From: Macrostomum hystrix | Lineage: Eukaryota > Animalia > Platyhelminthes | Assembly: GCA_950097015.1 (NCBI GenBank) | Contig: CATNEN010000033.1 | Span: 992,001 to 1,056,000, forward strand | Length of the DNA: 64,000 nt | Reading direction: 5' to 3' | Shown here: positions 1 through 12,900 of the stretch, in pieces | Layout of the letters: each line of letters opens with the position of its first letter | Numbering within the stretch: the first letter of the stretch is position 1 | Notes under the pieces: model-generated | The model's input: the letters and a program-made list of their open reading frames with translations, nothing else | What the model was told of the DNA's origin: nothing | Databases searched by the model: none | Translations under genes and position numbers: made by a program

Positions 1-1007
1 GCTGGCCAGGCCAGAGAAGAACACAAAGGAGGCCATCATGTGCCGGGCGCGGTCCCAGGGAGTCATCAACAATGCCAAGTACTCGCAGGTGGAGATTCGA
101 AACTCAGTCAGTAAGTCGATATTGGGTAGCCGAGCTCATCAGAGATGACAAGATGACAATATACAATTAAAGTACAATTTAATTGCTAGATTATTTCTAA
201 TATTCAATTACACTCGTACAGAAACACAAGTTTTTGTTTCGTAAAATGATGTCCTTGGACTGAGCAGTTGTACACAGCTTTTGGAAGCGCCGCGCATCGT
301 CTAGAGAGAGATTAGAGATTAACTATTTTAAAGTACATTAGTGTAGGAAAACTACAAGAAAACTTTAAAAGTACATAGGTACGGGAAAAGTACATTAATA
401 CTTTAAAAGTACATCGAGCCGTAAAAATTGCTGCGGGAAACTGCAAAGACCCAAAAATAGCTGTAATTTTTTACTAGTTTGAGTAATAACGCATGAAAAT
501 AATATTAGATCTGATATAGAATGAAATAGAATATTGGATGACAAAGTCTCATTGTCCTCAGGTTCAGTCGCGCACGACGCGGCCAGCATAGTCGAGCCGA
601 ATCCGGCAACGCCAGAAGCCGTCCGTTGCCTTGACGACGACTACGACGGCGGCGCCGGCAGCGGTGGAAATTCAACAGCGAGCCGGAATCTCAGCCGGCT
701 GGTTCGCCGGGAGAACTCGGACCCAGGCGGCGGTGCTGTGGGGCGGCGCAGGCTGACAGTTCAATCGTGCGACTGCCGAGTGCACCGCAATGTCACATTC
801 ACCGACGCCGGCACGTCAATGTCTGTACAGCTGCAGCAGTCGCCGCCGCCCTGGTCGTCGGTTCGGGACAGCATGGACGAAGAAGACGCATTCGGGCAAC
901 CCGGCGAAACGATCGCTGGTTCGCCTACGTCGTCCAAGTCGCCGAGATCGCCTCTTAGTAAGCAGCAGCAGCAGTGGGATCGAGCCCAGTTCACCACAAC
1001 AGTTTGA
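1..1007 (+). CDS. 3' end of a class C GPCR (metabotropic glutamate receptor-like); exons <1-110 and 562-1007
   Basis: Frame 2 reads LARPEKNTKEAIM, matching the post-TM7 class C motif (cf. mGluR1 IILAKPERN). Donor GTAAGT at 111 and acceptor TCCTCAG ending at 561 are both phase 1, giving a continuous frame to a stop at 1007. C-terminus is TTTV; AATAAA at about 1019. Confidence 0.65.
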
Positions 1008-1515
1008 CTGTGACTGACAATAAAACCTGTCAAGAAGCTTGAGGATTAACTAAATTATCTAGGATTCCTTTAGCCGCATTGTCTGTTTAAATGTGACTGT
1101 CCGAAATTTATTGTTGTTGACCATAGCCATAGTTACATGCCTGTAAATCAGTGTTGATGTTACTAGACTGTTAGCAGTAGTAATGCACTAGTAAGTAGCA
1201 ATTACAAACAAGTCTGCATTTCTCCTATTATCAAAAACAGTCCTCGCACCAGGGAAACTACCTCGTTTAAAGTGGAATAGAACTGACCACCAACACTCAC
1301 GCACATGCGAGTGATAACAGAGCTTTAGGCCATTATAGCAACTATTTACATACGTCAAGCAAGCCATTACTAATTCATTGATCATTTTAATTGTAAAGCT
1401 TTCTAGCCGCCAAAGTTTCGCTTTGGAAAATGGGCCAAGTTAGGTGGGTAACTTGCTAACTGATAGTCGGCTACCTGATGAAAGTATTTGCTAAGGTGGT
1501 TATTTACGAGGCGTA

Positions 1516-2575
1516 GCTAGCTGATGGGGATACTTTGCTAACTGATGGGATACTTTGCTAGCTGATGGGGATACTTTGCTAGCTGATGGGGATACTTGAT
1601 GGGGATACTTTGCTAACTGATGGGGATACTTGATGGGGATACTTTGCTAACTGATGGGGATACTTTGCTAGCTGATGGGGATACTTGATGGGGATACTTT
1701 GCTAACTGATGGGATACTTTGCTAGCTGATGGGGATACTTTGCTAGCTGATGGGATACTTTGCTAGCTGATGGGGATACTTTGCTAACTGATGGGATACT
1801 TTGCTAGCTGATGGGATACTTTGCTAGCTGATGGGGATACTTGATGGGGATACTTTGCTAACTGATGGGGATACTTGATGGGGATACTTTGCTAACTGAT
1901 GGGGATACTTTGCTAGCTGATGGGGATACTTGATGGGGATACTTTGCTAACTGATGGGATACTTTGCTAGCTGATGGGGATACTTTGCTAGCTGATGGGA
2001 TACTTTGCTAGCTGATGGGGATACTTTGCTAGCTGATGGGGATACTTTGCTAGCTGATGGGATACTTTGCTAACTGATGGGGATACTTTGCTAGCTGATG
2101 GGGATACTTTGCTAGCTGATGTGGATACTTTGCTAGCTGATGGGATACTTTGCTAGCTGATGGGGATACTTTGCTAGCTGATGGGGATACTTAATGGGGA
2201 TATTTTGCTAGCTGATGGGGATACTTTGCTAGCTGATGGGATACTTTGCTAGCTGATGGGGATACTTGATGGGGATACTTTGCTAGCTGATGGGGATACT
2301 TTGCTAGCTGATGGGATACTTTGCTAGCTGATGGGGATACTTTACTAGCTGATGGGGATACTTTGCTAGCTGATGGGATACTTTGCTAACTGATGGGATA
2401 CTTGATGGGGATACTTTGCTAGCTGATGGGGATACTTTGCTAGCTGATGGGATACTTTGCTAGCTGATGGGGATACTTTACTAGCTGATGGGGATACTTT
2501 GCTAGCTGATGGGGATACTTGATGGGGATACTTGATGGGGATACTTTGCTAGCTGATGGGGATACTTTGCTAAGC
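1516..2575. repeat. Minisatellite, about 21-bp unit GCTAGCTGATGGGGATACTTT with 12-bp sub-units
   Basis: Visible tandem periodicity between the convergent GPCR and TAF6 3' ends. Confidence 0.95.
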
Positions 2576-3204
2576 TGAATTGGAGATTATTTGTGAAAAG
2601 TATAATATATTTCTTCCCTTTCCATTGGAAGTGTTAAAGGCGAAGACAATAGGATGGGATGATTAGTGCACGAGGCTTGTATTGTTAAGCCATATTACAG
2701 CGCACCTGTTAAACAAACAGTCTGCCAACAGATGCTCACAGATGTATGTTAGTTACAAAAAAACGATTAACAAATAGTTCACAAGGTAGCAAAAACAGCA
2801 GCAGCAGCAGCAGCTAAAGGCGAATGTGTTTTTATCAAACTAATTTAAGTGGCACACGGAAAACGGAACTGTGTCAAAGTGAACACAACAGAAATGCTGC
2901 AAGCGGACATTATGTATTATTTATATAGATATACTGAATACACAATCAGTTGTAGCCGCCATCAGGAAATTCTAGAGCGCAAGGCAATTAAATAAGAATA
3001 ATGCTAACAGGTTGGCTACAGGTAGGCAAAAGTATCTACAGAAATATTAAATAAATGAGAGTGAGCAATAACTTAATTATACGATTCGCGAGCCAGAAAA
3101 ATTCGTTAACAATTATGTAGTAAGCAATCTGCTAAATACTCGTACATTACGAATCTACTCTTAATTTCTCCCTAAATAAGTAGATTAACGACTTCGCTCC
3201 CTAT

Positions 3205-3556
3205 CCATCCATTAGCAATCCATTTCCCAATATTCAAGGGATAGATTAGCAATTCATTTCCCAATATTCATGGGATAGATTGGCAATCCATTTCCCAATA
3301 TTCATGGGATAGATTGGCAATCCATTTCCCAATATTCATGGGATAGATTAGCAATCCATTTCCCAATATTCATGGGATAGATTAGCAATTAATTTCCCAA
3401 TATTCATGGGATAGATTAGCAATTCATTTCCCAATATTCAAGGGAAAGATTAGCAATTCATTTCCCAATATTCATGGGATAGATTAGCAATTCATTTCCC
3501 AATATTCAAGGGATAGATTAGCAATCCATTTCCCAATATTCAAGGGATAGATTAGA
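3205..3556. repeat. Minisatellite, 34-bp unit TAGCAATCCATTTCCCAATATTCATGGGATAGAT
   Basis: About 10 head-to-tail copies; internal TCCCA...TGGGA inverted pair; no spacers. Confidence 0.95.
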
Positions 3557-3654
3557 TTGGCCTTCAAACAAATAGACTGAGTCAGTTAGAGTCATAGCTG
3601 TCAGAGTTATCAAGTGTTAGGCAATCTAGAACGAAGAGTAGGCAATATCGGAGT

Positions 3655-6104
3655 TCAGTGATGCTGCATTGAACCAGCGGCTGCAGCAGCAGCAGCAGCA
3701 GCAGCGGCGGCGGCGGATCCTCTGGCCTTGGCGTGCAGCGCCTGCACAGCGGAGTAGAGCTCGCCGCCCAGCGAGCCGTAGTCGCGCAGATATTCGTCCA
3801 GGGAGTCGCGCTGGCTTCGCAGACTGCGCAAAAGCGGCGGCAGCTGATCCAGCAGCTTACGGCGAATGTTGGCGGCGCTGACGCTGTCCTGACGGCCGTG
3901 GGCGGAGTCGAGGCGCTGGCTGAGGCGAGACACAGCCGGCAGCAGCAGGTTCGCGGCGGCGTCCTGGCCGAGCTCCAGCGTGCAGACAATGCAGCCGTAT
4001 AAGGAGGCCAGGTGTGGCCTGGGTCGGTGGGTCAGGTGCGGCATCGCGATTTAATTAATTGGTGCGCCAACCGATGGACCGATAGTCAGGGGGCGCGTAA
4101 GGTCAGAATGAAGGCAGCGGGATGTCAGGAAAATTATAGATTGCGTCAGAGAAAGTAATGCGGTGTCAGGACAGGCAATGGGGTGTCAAGGAAGGCGGTG
4201 GAATGTCAGGGAAGGCAGTAGGATGTCAGGGAAGGCAGTAGGATGTCAGGGAAGGCAGTAGGATGTCAGGGAAGGCAGTAGGATGTCAAGGAAGGCAGTA
4301 GGATGTCAGGGAAGGCAGTAGGATGTCAGGGCACGCAGTAGGATATCGATGGGAGTCGGGATGTTATAGACAGTAAAGGGGTTTTGGCAGTGTCACCTGG
4401 GTCGGGCCATATAATCCACCAGCAGGCGGCAGACTCTGGCGTACAACTGGTTGCTAGGGGAGGCGTACTTCGAGCAGACCGCGCCGAGCTGCTTGGCGGA
4501 GAAGTCTCTGAGAGCCCAGTGATTGTCAGTTTCCGGCCGCTGGCAAAGCTGTTTGCCCAGCACACAGGTGAGGATGCTGGGCAGGATGAGATGAAGGTAT
4601 CGCTCCAGCTGCAGGTGGGGATTCTGCAGCAAGAACTGCAGGATGCGCATGAGGTAGATGAGCAGTGCCAGGTTATTAGTGAGTGAGTTGACACGAACAC
4701 CCTCGGCCACGAATACAATGAGTCTGGGCAGAATCTGCTGCAGGCCGCTGTCAGTTGCCAGACTCTGCAGGGCTTCGGTCCGGCGATCCTCCTGACAGAA
4801 AAGTTTAACGAGTTAGTAAAACTTTCTGTTCGAATAATCAGGTAGATTTTTCAGTCCTTATGAAAGGTTAAATATTTTAAAGAATCTTTAAAATCAGTAG
4901 GATAGGGCTTCGGATGTTTGACAGAGAGGACGGTGGTTCGAATCTCAGGCCAAGGAAAACGCGTCCTTGAGCAAGACAGTTAACTCCCCATAGTTTCAGT
5001 TTACCCACCTACGCAATGGGTACCGGAATCAGCTAAAGTAGAAAGTAGTGCAAGAGTGGACAGGGATCACGAATAAATGGGGAATTTCCCAGCAGCGACT
5101 CACCTGGCTGCCGACGCAGGCCTCGGAGATCTCCCTGAAGAACATCTGCTGCTCGCGGCTCAACTCGTGGCAGACAACGTCCCGCAGACGCGCCACCTCC
5201 GGCTGGCGGATTCCCCCGGCGGCTGCAGCAACGACAGCGGAGGCGGCGCGCCCGCCGCTCTGCCTGCTGCCGAGCACCGTCAGCTCCCAGAGCGATCTGG
5301 GACGCATCGGGCCGGCTGCGGCCGATGTTGAAGCCGCCGTAGCTGCCGATCCACCGGGCAGGTCGCTGACAACTGCGCCAGCCGCTGCTGAAGCGACGGC
5401 GCTGCCTGAACCAGCCGGCGCGGCGGAGCCGGTGGACGCTGCCGGTCTTGGCGGCGGATTTTCGGCTATAGCGGGCTGGCAGCCGTCGATGCAGAGCCAG
5501 TGGGCTTTGAGGCAGGCGCCGACTGGCAGCCGCGGCAACGGCTGGGAGGCCAGCTCAGTGAGGTCCACCTCCTCCGACTCCTGAAAGTACAGCTTCTTGC
5601 CTCCTGGAGCCTGACGATAGGAGATAGAAGAGGCAGTATATAAGTCTCAGTGGGAATGATTGAATGAGGATTTATAAGTTGTCAGAATGAAGAAAGGGGA
5701 TCAGGGAGCATCGGGAATGAACAATGGGGATCTTTAACCATGTGGGAATGAAGAATGGGAATCTGGGAGCTGTGGGTATGAAGAATGGGGATCAGAGGCT
5801 CACCTGGACGCTCTGCATCGGCAGCGCAGCCACGTACTCGCAGGCGTAAGCAGGCTCAATCCGGCGCTGTCGCAGCACCGCCGCCAGGTCGTTGGCTCGC
5901 AACCGGCGCCGCTTGCCATGCCTTGTAAACTTTAGGCCCTGCTGGACCAGAGGTGCGTAGCCTGAAGTCCGCCTGATCGGCCAGCAGCTGGCAGGCCTCC
6001 TCGGATAAGCCGGCGATGCCGCACATCTCGGCCAAGCAGCGCATCGACTGGGCCGTCACGCAACTGCGCCCCCCCTGCTGCTGTTGCTGCTCAGTGCTGG
6101 CCAT
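3655..6104 (-). CDS. TAF6: TFIID subunit 6; exons 6104-5804, 5610-5104, 4791-4397, 4018-3655; 1-nt frameshift near 5951
   Basis: Histone-fold N-terminus SMRCLAEMCGIAGLSEEACQLL, plus LYFQESEEVDL, CLKAHWLCIDGCQPAIAENPPP, EGVRVN..NNLALLIYLMR, DNHWALRDF and ASLYGC..LELG, all matching human TAF6. All introns are GT-AG and phase-consistent, except that exon 1 is 301 nt (one base too long). Confidence 0.93.
4200..4330. repeat. 20-bp tandem repeat GTCAGGGAAGGCAGTAGGAT in TAF6 intron 3
   Basis: About 6 copies. Confidence 0.9.
4895..5026 (+). mobile_element. Degenerate tRNA-derived SINE in TAF6 intron 2
   Basis: B-box GGTTCGAATC followed by GTCCTTGAGCAAGACAGTTAAC...GTTTACCCAC...AATGGGTACC; alignable to the copy at 29525-29688. 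Confidence 0.6.
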
Positions 6105-6137
6105 CCGTGCTGCTGCTTGCCTGCGTTACTTCTCTCT

Positions 6138-6176
6138 ATTGGGTGACGGACAGTAATAGCGCTTTCCTCTGATTGG
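6138..6176 (-). promoter_or_regulatory. Two CCAAT boxes 35-70 nt upstream of the TAF6 ATG (candidate NF-Y promoter)
   Basis: ATTGG at 6138-6142 and GATTGG at 6171-6176, about 33 nt apart. Confidence 0.4.
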
Positions 6177-6344
6177 CTGCGGGGAGAGAACGAAAATGAA
6201 GCCGTTTTTATCTCTCTAACTGGCATTTTTAAAGGGCACCCATTTTCTAGCTATGCAATCGATAATCTATGTTTCTCTACACTAGAGATTTGAGAATTAT
6301 TCTGATAGTCTAATAAGAGTGGACAAAGCTTCAAATATTTTAAA

Positions 6345-6660
6345 ATCACTATTCAGGATTCCCTGTGCATCAATTGGACAGACATTCGATCGATAATTTA
6401 TTATCAGCTCACTCACTGGGATTCCCCGATTTTATATCGATTATCTATTTTTAGCTCACATACTGGGATTCCCTGATTTTATAGATAAGCGATCGGTTAT
6501 CTATTTATAACTCACTCACTTGGGATTCCCGGATTTTATATCGATTATCTATTTATAACTCACTCACTGGGATTCCCCGATTTTATATCGATTATAAATT
6601 TTTAGCTCCCTCACTGGGATTAACCGATTTGATAGATAAGCGATCGACAATATATTTTTA
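6345..6660. repeat. Degenerate 53-66 bp tandem repeat (CTCACTCACTGGGATTCCCCGATTTTATATCGATTATCTATTT core)
   Basis: 5-6 diverged copies between ANKRD49 and TAF6. Confidence 0.8.
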
Positions 6661-7199
6661 GCTTTATCACAATGAGACAAGTTTTAATCTAAATTTGCAG
6701 TTGTATTGTAGTGCATTTTTAAGCGAAAAAACTAACGACTTGTGTGGCTTGAAAACATTAGTTTCGTGATAAAATGCAGGTATATTTCTGGAAATCGTGG
6801 ATAAGTATAAACATAGTATATACAAAGCTACCAATATTTCAAATGGCTTGTACAAAAATTCACAATTTTCAGGCCTTCATCTGTATTGTCTGAAAGGCAG
6901 GTTCAAAACGCTCTCAGATTGGTTTAGTCGATACCACTGAAATTGGAATGGGGAATAGTAAAACATATGGTTTGTTTTTCGAAGCCCTTTTACATTTATC
7001 TTCTGTCAGATGTTAAGCTTACTAAGAGACTGGGTCGCTCAGAATGGTAAATAGAATAAAATCATGCCTGAAATCAGACAGTACGAATACAATAGCATCA
7101 TAGCGAACGTGTTTAGCTCTATGAAATCCTTCTGCTACAAGTACTACTTACTTCTCGCACAGTAGTTCAGCTGACCTGGCAACCAGCTCCAGCAGCCAA

Positions 7200-8237
7200 T
7201 CAGTTTAGCCGCCTAGTCTCCGGCTCCAGAAAGGCCAGGAGGTGAGCGTAGGGCGTGCACCGCTTGGCAACCATCAGGGCGGTCTCGCCGGACGAATTGA
7301 CAGCGTCGGGGTCCAGACGAGGATGAATTAGGAGCAGTTGGGCGGTGGCCGGGTCGCGATTCTCCCCAACGCACAGGTGCAAAGGCGTCTGGCCGCTCTC
7401 AGTGACAGAGTTCGGATTGGCGCCGGCTCTGAGTAGCAGCGCCACTACAGCCGTCTGGTTCCAGAAGGCGGCGCTGTGCAGAGCAGTCCAGCCGTGATTG
7501 CTGGCTGCGGACACGTCGGCGCCCTGCATGAGCAGGTACTGGGGTGGGATGAAGGACTCGTGAATGACTGGCTCAGATTGGTTCAATTATTAGAGTAGAA
7601 TTAGACTGAGGGGTAGAATCAGACTGAGGGGTAGAATCAGACTGAGGGGTAGAATCAGACTGAGGGGTAGAATCAGACTGAGGGGTAGAATCAGACTGAG
7701 GGGTAGAATCAGACTGAGGGGTAGAATCAGACTGAGGGGTAGAATCAGACTGAGGGGTAGAATCAGACTGAGGGGTAGAATCAGACTGAGGGGTAGAATC
7801 AGACTGAGGGGTAGAATCAGACTGAGGGGTAGAATCAGACTGAGGGGTAGAATCAGACTGAGAGACGATAAGGGACGGGGCAAACTAAAAGACACCAGGT
7901 GATAGGGCCTCACCCGACACACGTCGACGTGTCCGTTGTAGGCGGCTCGGTGCAGGGCCCGATAGCCGTCGCCGTCTGCGGCAGCCAGCAGAGTCGACGG
8001 CGCCTGTCCTCCAGAGCCGGTGCCCGAAGCCGGAGGAACCAGTCGGGTGACCTCGTCGAGTCGGCCGTGCTCGGCGGCGGAGATCAGCTGCTTTGCCGGG
8101 TCGGCAGCGATCTCGTCCTCGGTCCAGCCTTCAACGCCTTCGGCGTCGTCCTCCCAGCGGCTCACAAACATGCCCGGAGCGGCGGCCTTTGCGGCGGCCA
8201 CGGCTGCGGCCAGTTCCCTGTCCGCGTCATTGTCCAT
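7200..8237 (-). CDS. ANKRD49: Ankyrin repeat domain protein 49-like; exons 8237-7914 and 7538-7200
   Basis: DPAKQLISAAEHGRL, DGYRALHRAAYNGHVDVC, GWTALHSAAFWN, QTPLHLCVGENRD and NSSGETALMVAKR are colinear with human ANKRD49; phase-0 GT-AG intron. Confidence 0.85.
7602..7862. repeat. 18-bp tandem repeat AGACTGAGGGGTAGAATC filling the ANKRD49 intron
   Basis: About 14 identical copies. Confidence 0.97.
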
Positions 8238-8290
8238 CAGGCTGGAATCTGCTGTTGAGGGCTGAATTATAGCAGAGCTATTCCACATCT

Positions 8291-9171
8291 GCTAGACCTT
8301 CAAAGCTGAGCTATTCCCTGTCATCTAGACCTTCAGAGCTGAGCTATTCCCTGTCATCTAGACCTTCAGAGCTGAGCTATTCCCTGTCCTCTAGACCTTC
8401 AGTGCGGAGCTATCCACTGTCCTCTAGACCTTCAGTGCTGAGCTATCACCTGTCATCTAGACCTTCAGTGCTGAGCTATCCCCTGTCCTCTAGACCTTCA
8501 GAGCTGAGCTATTCCCTGTCATCTAGACCTTCAGAGCTGAGCTATTCCCTGTCATCTAGACCTTCAGAGCTGAGCTATTCCCTGTCCTCTAGACCTTCAG
8601 AGCTGAGCTATTCCCTGTCATCTAGACCTTCAGAGCTGAGCTATTCCCTGTCCTCTAGACCTTCAGAGCTGAGCTATTCCCTGTGATCTAGACCTTCAGA
8701 GCTGAGCTATTCCCTGTCCTCTAGACCTTCAGAGCTGAGCTATTCCCTGTCATCTAGACCTTCAGTGCTGAGCTATCACCTGTCATCTAGACCTTCAGTG
8801 CTGAGCTATCCCCTGTCCTCTAGACCTTCAGAGCTGAGCTATTCCCTGTCATCTAGACCTTCAGAGCTGAGCTATTCCCTGTCATCTAGACCTTCAGAGC
8901 TGAGCTATTCCCTGTCCTCTAGACCTTCAGAGCTGAGCTATTCCCTGTCATCTAGACCTTCAGAGCTGAGCTATTCCCTGTCATCTAGACCTTCAGTGCT
9001 GAGCTATCCCCTGTCATCTAGACCTTCAGTGCTGAGCTATTCCCTGTCATCTAGACCTTCAGTGATGAGCTATTCCCTGTCATCTAGACCTTCAGTGCTG
9101 AGCTATTCCCTGTCATCTAGACCTTCAGTGATGAGCTATTCCCTGTCATCTAGACCTTCAGTGCTGAGCTA
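8291..9171. repeat. 33-bp tandem repeat TCTAGACCTTCAGAGCTGAGCTATTCCCTGTCA
   Basis: About 26 copies directly upstream of ANKRD49; source of the spurious SYSLSSRPSEL ORFs. Confidence 0.97.
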
Positions 9172-9573
9172 TTTATCTCGGTACAGCTGTTTGTTGTTTT
9201 CGACTTAAAAAGAAATTATAATAATAAACAAAGGCAAGCGAAATCTGCAACACGCACTTCACGAAAAAGGTGTTGCACACCCATATGAGACATTTAAATT
9301 GAACCAGAGGCACCTGATTGACATCTAGAGACCGAGAGCAAATGGTAAAAACACCTATTTTATATTTGAAATACCTAAACTAAAGTATTAAAAGTATACA
9401 TTTTACAGTTTCGGCTTATAACTAATATACCGTTCAGTCTGAAAGCTAGTAGAAATATACTAAGGTGTTTTAGTTTTTATTTCTAAATTAAGGTAGATAT
9501 ATAGTTACAAAACGTAGTTTCAACTAGGAAGCCTACACAATTCCCAGATATGCTGAGAACAATGGACTTAAGC

Positions 9574-10022
<449 letters not shown>

Positions 10023-12619
10023 ATGCCCACACTACAGGCATAAACTCAGGTAAATTATTTGAAGCAAACACACCAAAAATATGTTACTTTAGCCTCTTTA
10101 TAGTATTTTATATTTAAAGTTAGAAAAAACTATAGATGCCACATCAAGTCTTTTGTTCTATTTTTTAGTTATCTACAAATACAAAACTCTTTTTGAATTA
10201 CCTAGCTTACACATGAATTTATTGCGTAACTATGAATCAAGTGTAGCTACAATTATTTAATGTTTTAGATTGACGCATTGATACATGGCTACATTAAGCG
10301 AAAAATATTAATTGTATGTTATAACAATAAGCTACAGTTATGACAGAAAGGGTCTACAGAAGTGTGAGTCTGAGTAATAGCAGTGCAAACCATATACAAT
10401 AGTCTCTCATAGAAAGGTATATAAAAGCAAATCTTTAGTTAATTATTTTTATCACACAAATCAGACAATGTGGAAATGAATGGGAAAAATCTAATATATG
10501 TGCAAGCAAGTTTCATTTTTACATAGATTTATATAGATATATATCAAGATTTTTTATCTCAAAACTTATAAGATGCCAGAGGTGAAATTCATTTCATTTT
10601 TAACTATATGGTCAATGCCAATAACTATTAATAAATGACTTACTAAGCAGACTGAACATTTTAAGCTAGGTAATTGATCAGAATATTTAATGAGTTAACC
10701 AAGGTCCCTAAAACATCTATAGTCCGAATTATGTTATGCATGTCAGAAACATCAAGCACAAATTTGCTGTGGGCTAGAGTACATTGCATAAATCAGTATA
10801 TATTTCAAGGGGTTGGCATGCACCTTGCCATGAATATGGTGCATTAAAAATATCAAATGTATAGTTTGGGGGTGGACTTATGTTTGGTGCTAGGAATGCA
10901 TGTATATGCCTAGTCGCATAGCTATATCCCCACCATGGGGTTGGCCCAGCCCAGCTCTATTTAGTGTAGCACACTATGCAGCATCACCCCAAGTGGTTAA
11001 AGTGGCTAATTTATTTTTTGCATCATCAATGTTTTTGCTTTTACTCCATTTTGATTACAATTTCTTTATTTTAGATTGCCTTTGTCTCACTCTTTAGCAT
11101 TTCAGTTAGCATTGTTAATCCTCAATTCATAAGGGCCAGGTTTGAACTTGTGCCTTCCATGCCAACAGCCTGGCCTCAACTCATTGGTTTATTTAGCTAT
11201 TAAAATCCTATATCTGTGAATAGGGTAATGTATCATCAACCGAACAGTGTATCTTCAAAACCAAACAAGAATTTTGACTTCTTCCTTGGTCTCGTGCAAG
11301 ACAGAAACAAGCTATTGTGTTTCACAGAACAACTAATTTGAAAGTTGAAGAAATTATCTACAAGCTGAGGCACGATGTGCAATGAAGCATTAAGAGGAAA
11401 GAAAGATATTGAGGTGTCAATAGAAATTTTTATTGCAAAAGCATACTTTTTAACAACATTTTTTCAGTATGTACTTTAGATGAAGATTTTATGTGGTTGC
11501 TTGCCAATTAAATGACCATAAATGTAGTTATTTATAGAGTATGCAAAATGCTTTCAAATGACATAATTCATAATAGTTCACTCCTTAAAATAAGATTAAA
11601 CCACTCACTCAAATTGTAAAACCAAACATCAAATTCTCTGTTTGGTTTGAAGATACATAAAAATCATTGTTCAATTTTAGATAAAAAACAGGAATAACTT
11701 TTTTCTATTTGATAAAATAGCAAAAGCAGATACTTTTTAGAAAGATGTAACTGTTTTCTATAACTTGGCTTTTGATTTATCATCATATCTTAAATAGAAA
11801 ATCTGTATCGTAGGTTTGAAGTTAAAAAATACACATTCTTGTTTGGTTGATGATACATTACCCTATTATAATAAAGAAAAATTCTTACAAAAACCCAAAA
11901 AACTGTGACAAAAGTGTTATACTAATCATCCCAACCAACCAGACTGTTGCTTATGAAGGCATGATACTGTCTTATCTGCCAGGTAAATTATGCCACATAA
12001 AAACATGCGATAAGATAGTTTAACGACCAAAATGAAATTTAAAGCAGACAGCAGAGCAAACTACAGAGCACACAAATATGAGACAATGAGTTAAAAAAAA
12101 GTACTTACAAAAAATTTAGAATTCTGTAATTTATATAGTCTCGAGTTTGATGATACCATTGAAATAGTACGCATTTGCCGACAGGCAAAATTATGCTTTG
12201 CCATGATAAACGTTGCTCGATAAATGAATGCAGAAATTCTAGGGGCTAGTGATATGACATTCATGTTTTAAGAATTGGCTCTAAGGTAGTTTGTTAACGA
12301 TTTTCAGAACTATTATTTAAAGTCCACAGTTTATTAAAATGGAAAATTAACTAGCGTTCGCATCTACTTCACAAACTTAGCGAATAGCGTATAACATGCA
12401 TGCACTGCACGAAAAAGCGAATGAGCATTTTTTACATTTTAAATCGGAACGGTATGAAAAACCTACTAAAACAAAACATAATCAGACAATGTGTTTTCAA
12501 AAAAGCTTGTACCTTTGAGTATTTTTTATTGCTACCAAAGCAAACAAAAAACAAAAGAGACAGTAGCTTATCAGCATTTTTTAAAGATACCTCGTGCAGA
12601 AGCGTATTTTCTTCTGAAC

Positions 12620-12900
12620 AGTACAATTTGTCTTCTCTAACATCTCTTCTCTTAAAGGGAATGGTGTTTGATTTTACAGCTTTAGACTTCCAAAAGCTTG
12701 ATTTTTTCTAATGAGCAAAATTTCTTTCATTACTAATTTACTATTATCTATAGTTGGAATCAAGGCCCACAATTTGTCTTCTCTAACATAGTTTCTTAAA
12801 AGGAATGGTGATTTATTTTACAGTTTTAGACTTCCGAAAGCTTGATTTTTTCTAATGAGCGAAATTTCTTTCATTACTAATTTACTATTATCTATATTTG
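12620..12900. repeat. Two-copy direct duplication of about 130 bp (period about 147 bp)
   Basis: CAATTTGTCTTCTCTAACAT...TTACTATTATCTATA occurs twice. Confidence 0.85.

Noticed and set aside
3205-3556. CRISPR-like appearance (34-bp, partly palindromic repeats); also 15765-16335 and 41480-42056
   Set aside because: Units are head-to-tail with no unique spacers, there are no cas genes, and the context is eukaryotic.
5945-5960. Programmed +1 frameshifting as the explanation for TAF6
   Set aside because: No recognised shift site or stimulator is present; an indel error or pseudogenisation is more parsimonious.
8402-9208. SYSLSSRPSEL repeat ORFs
   Set aside because: These are readings of the 33-bp array.
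10806-11175. Possible old MITE (GGTTGGCATG ... CATGCCAAC)
   Set aside because: The inverted match is short and no TSD was found.
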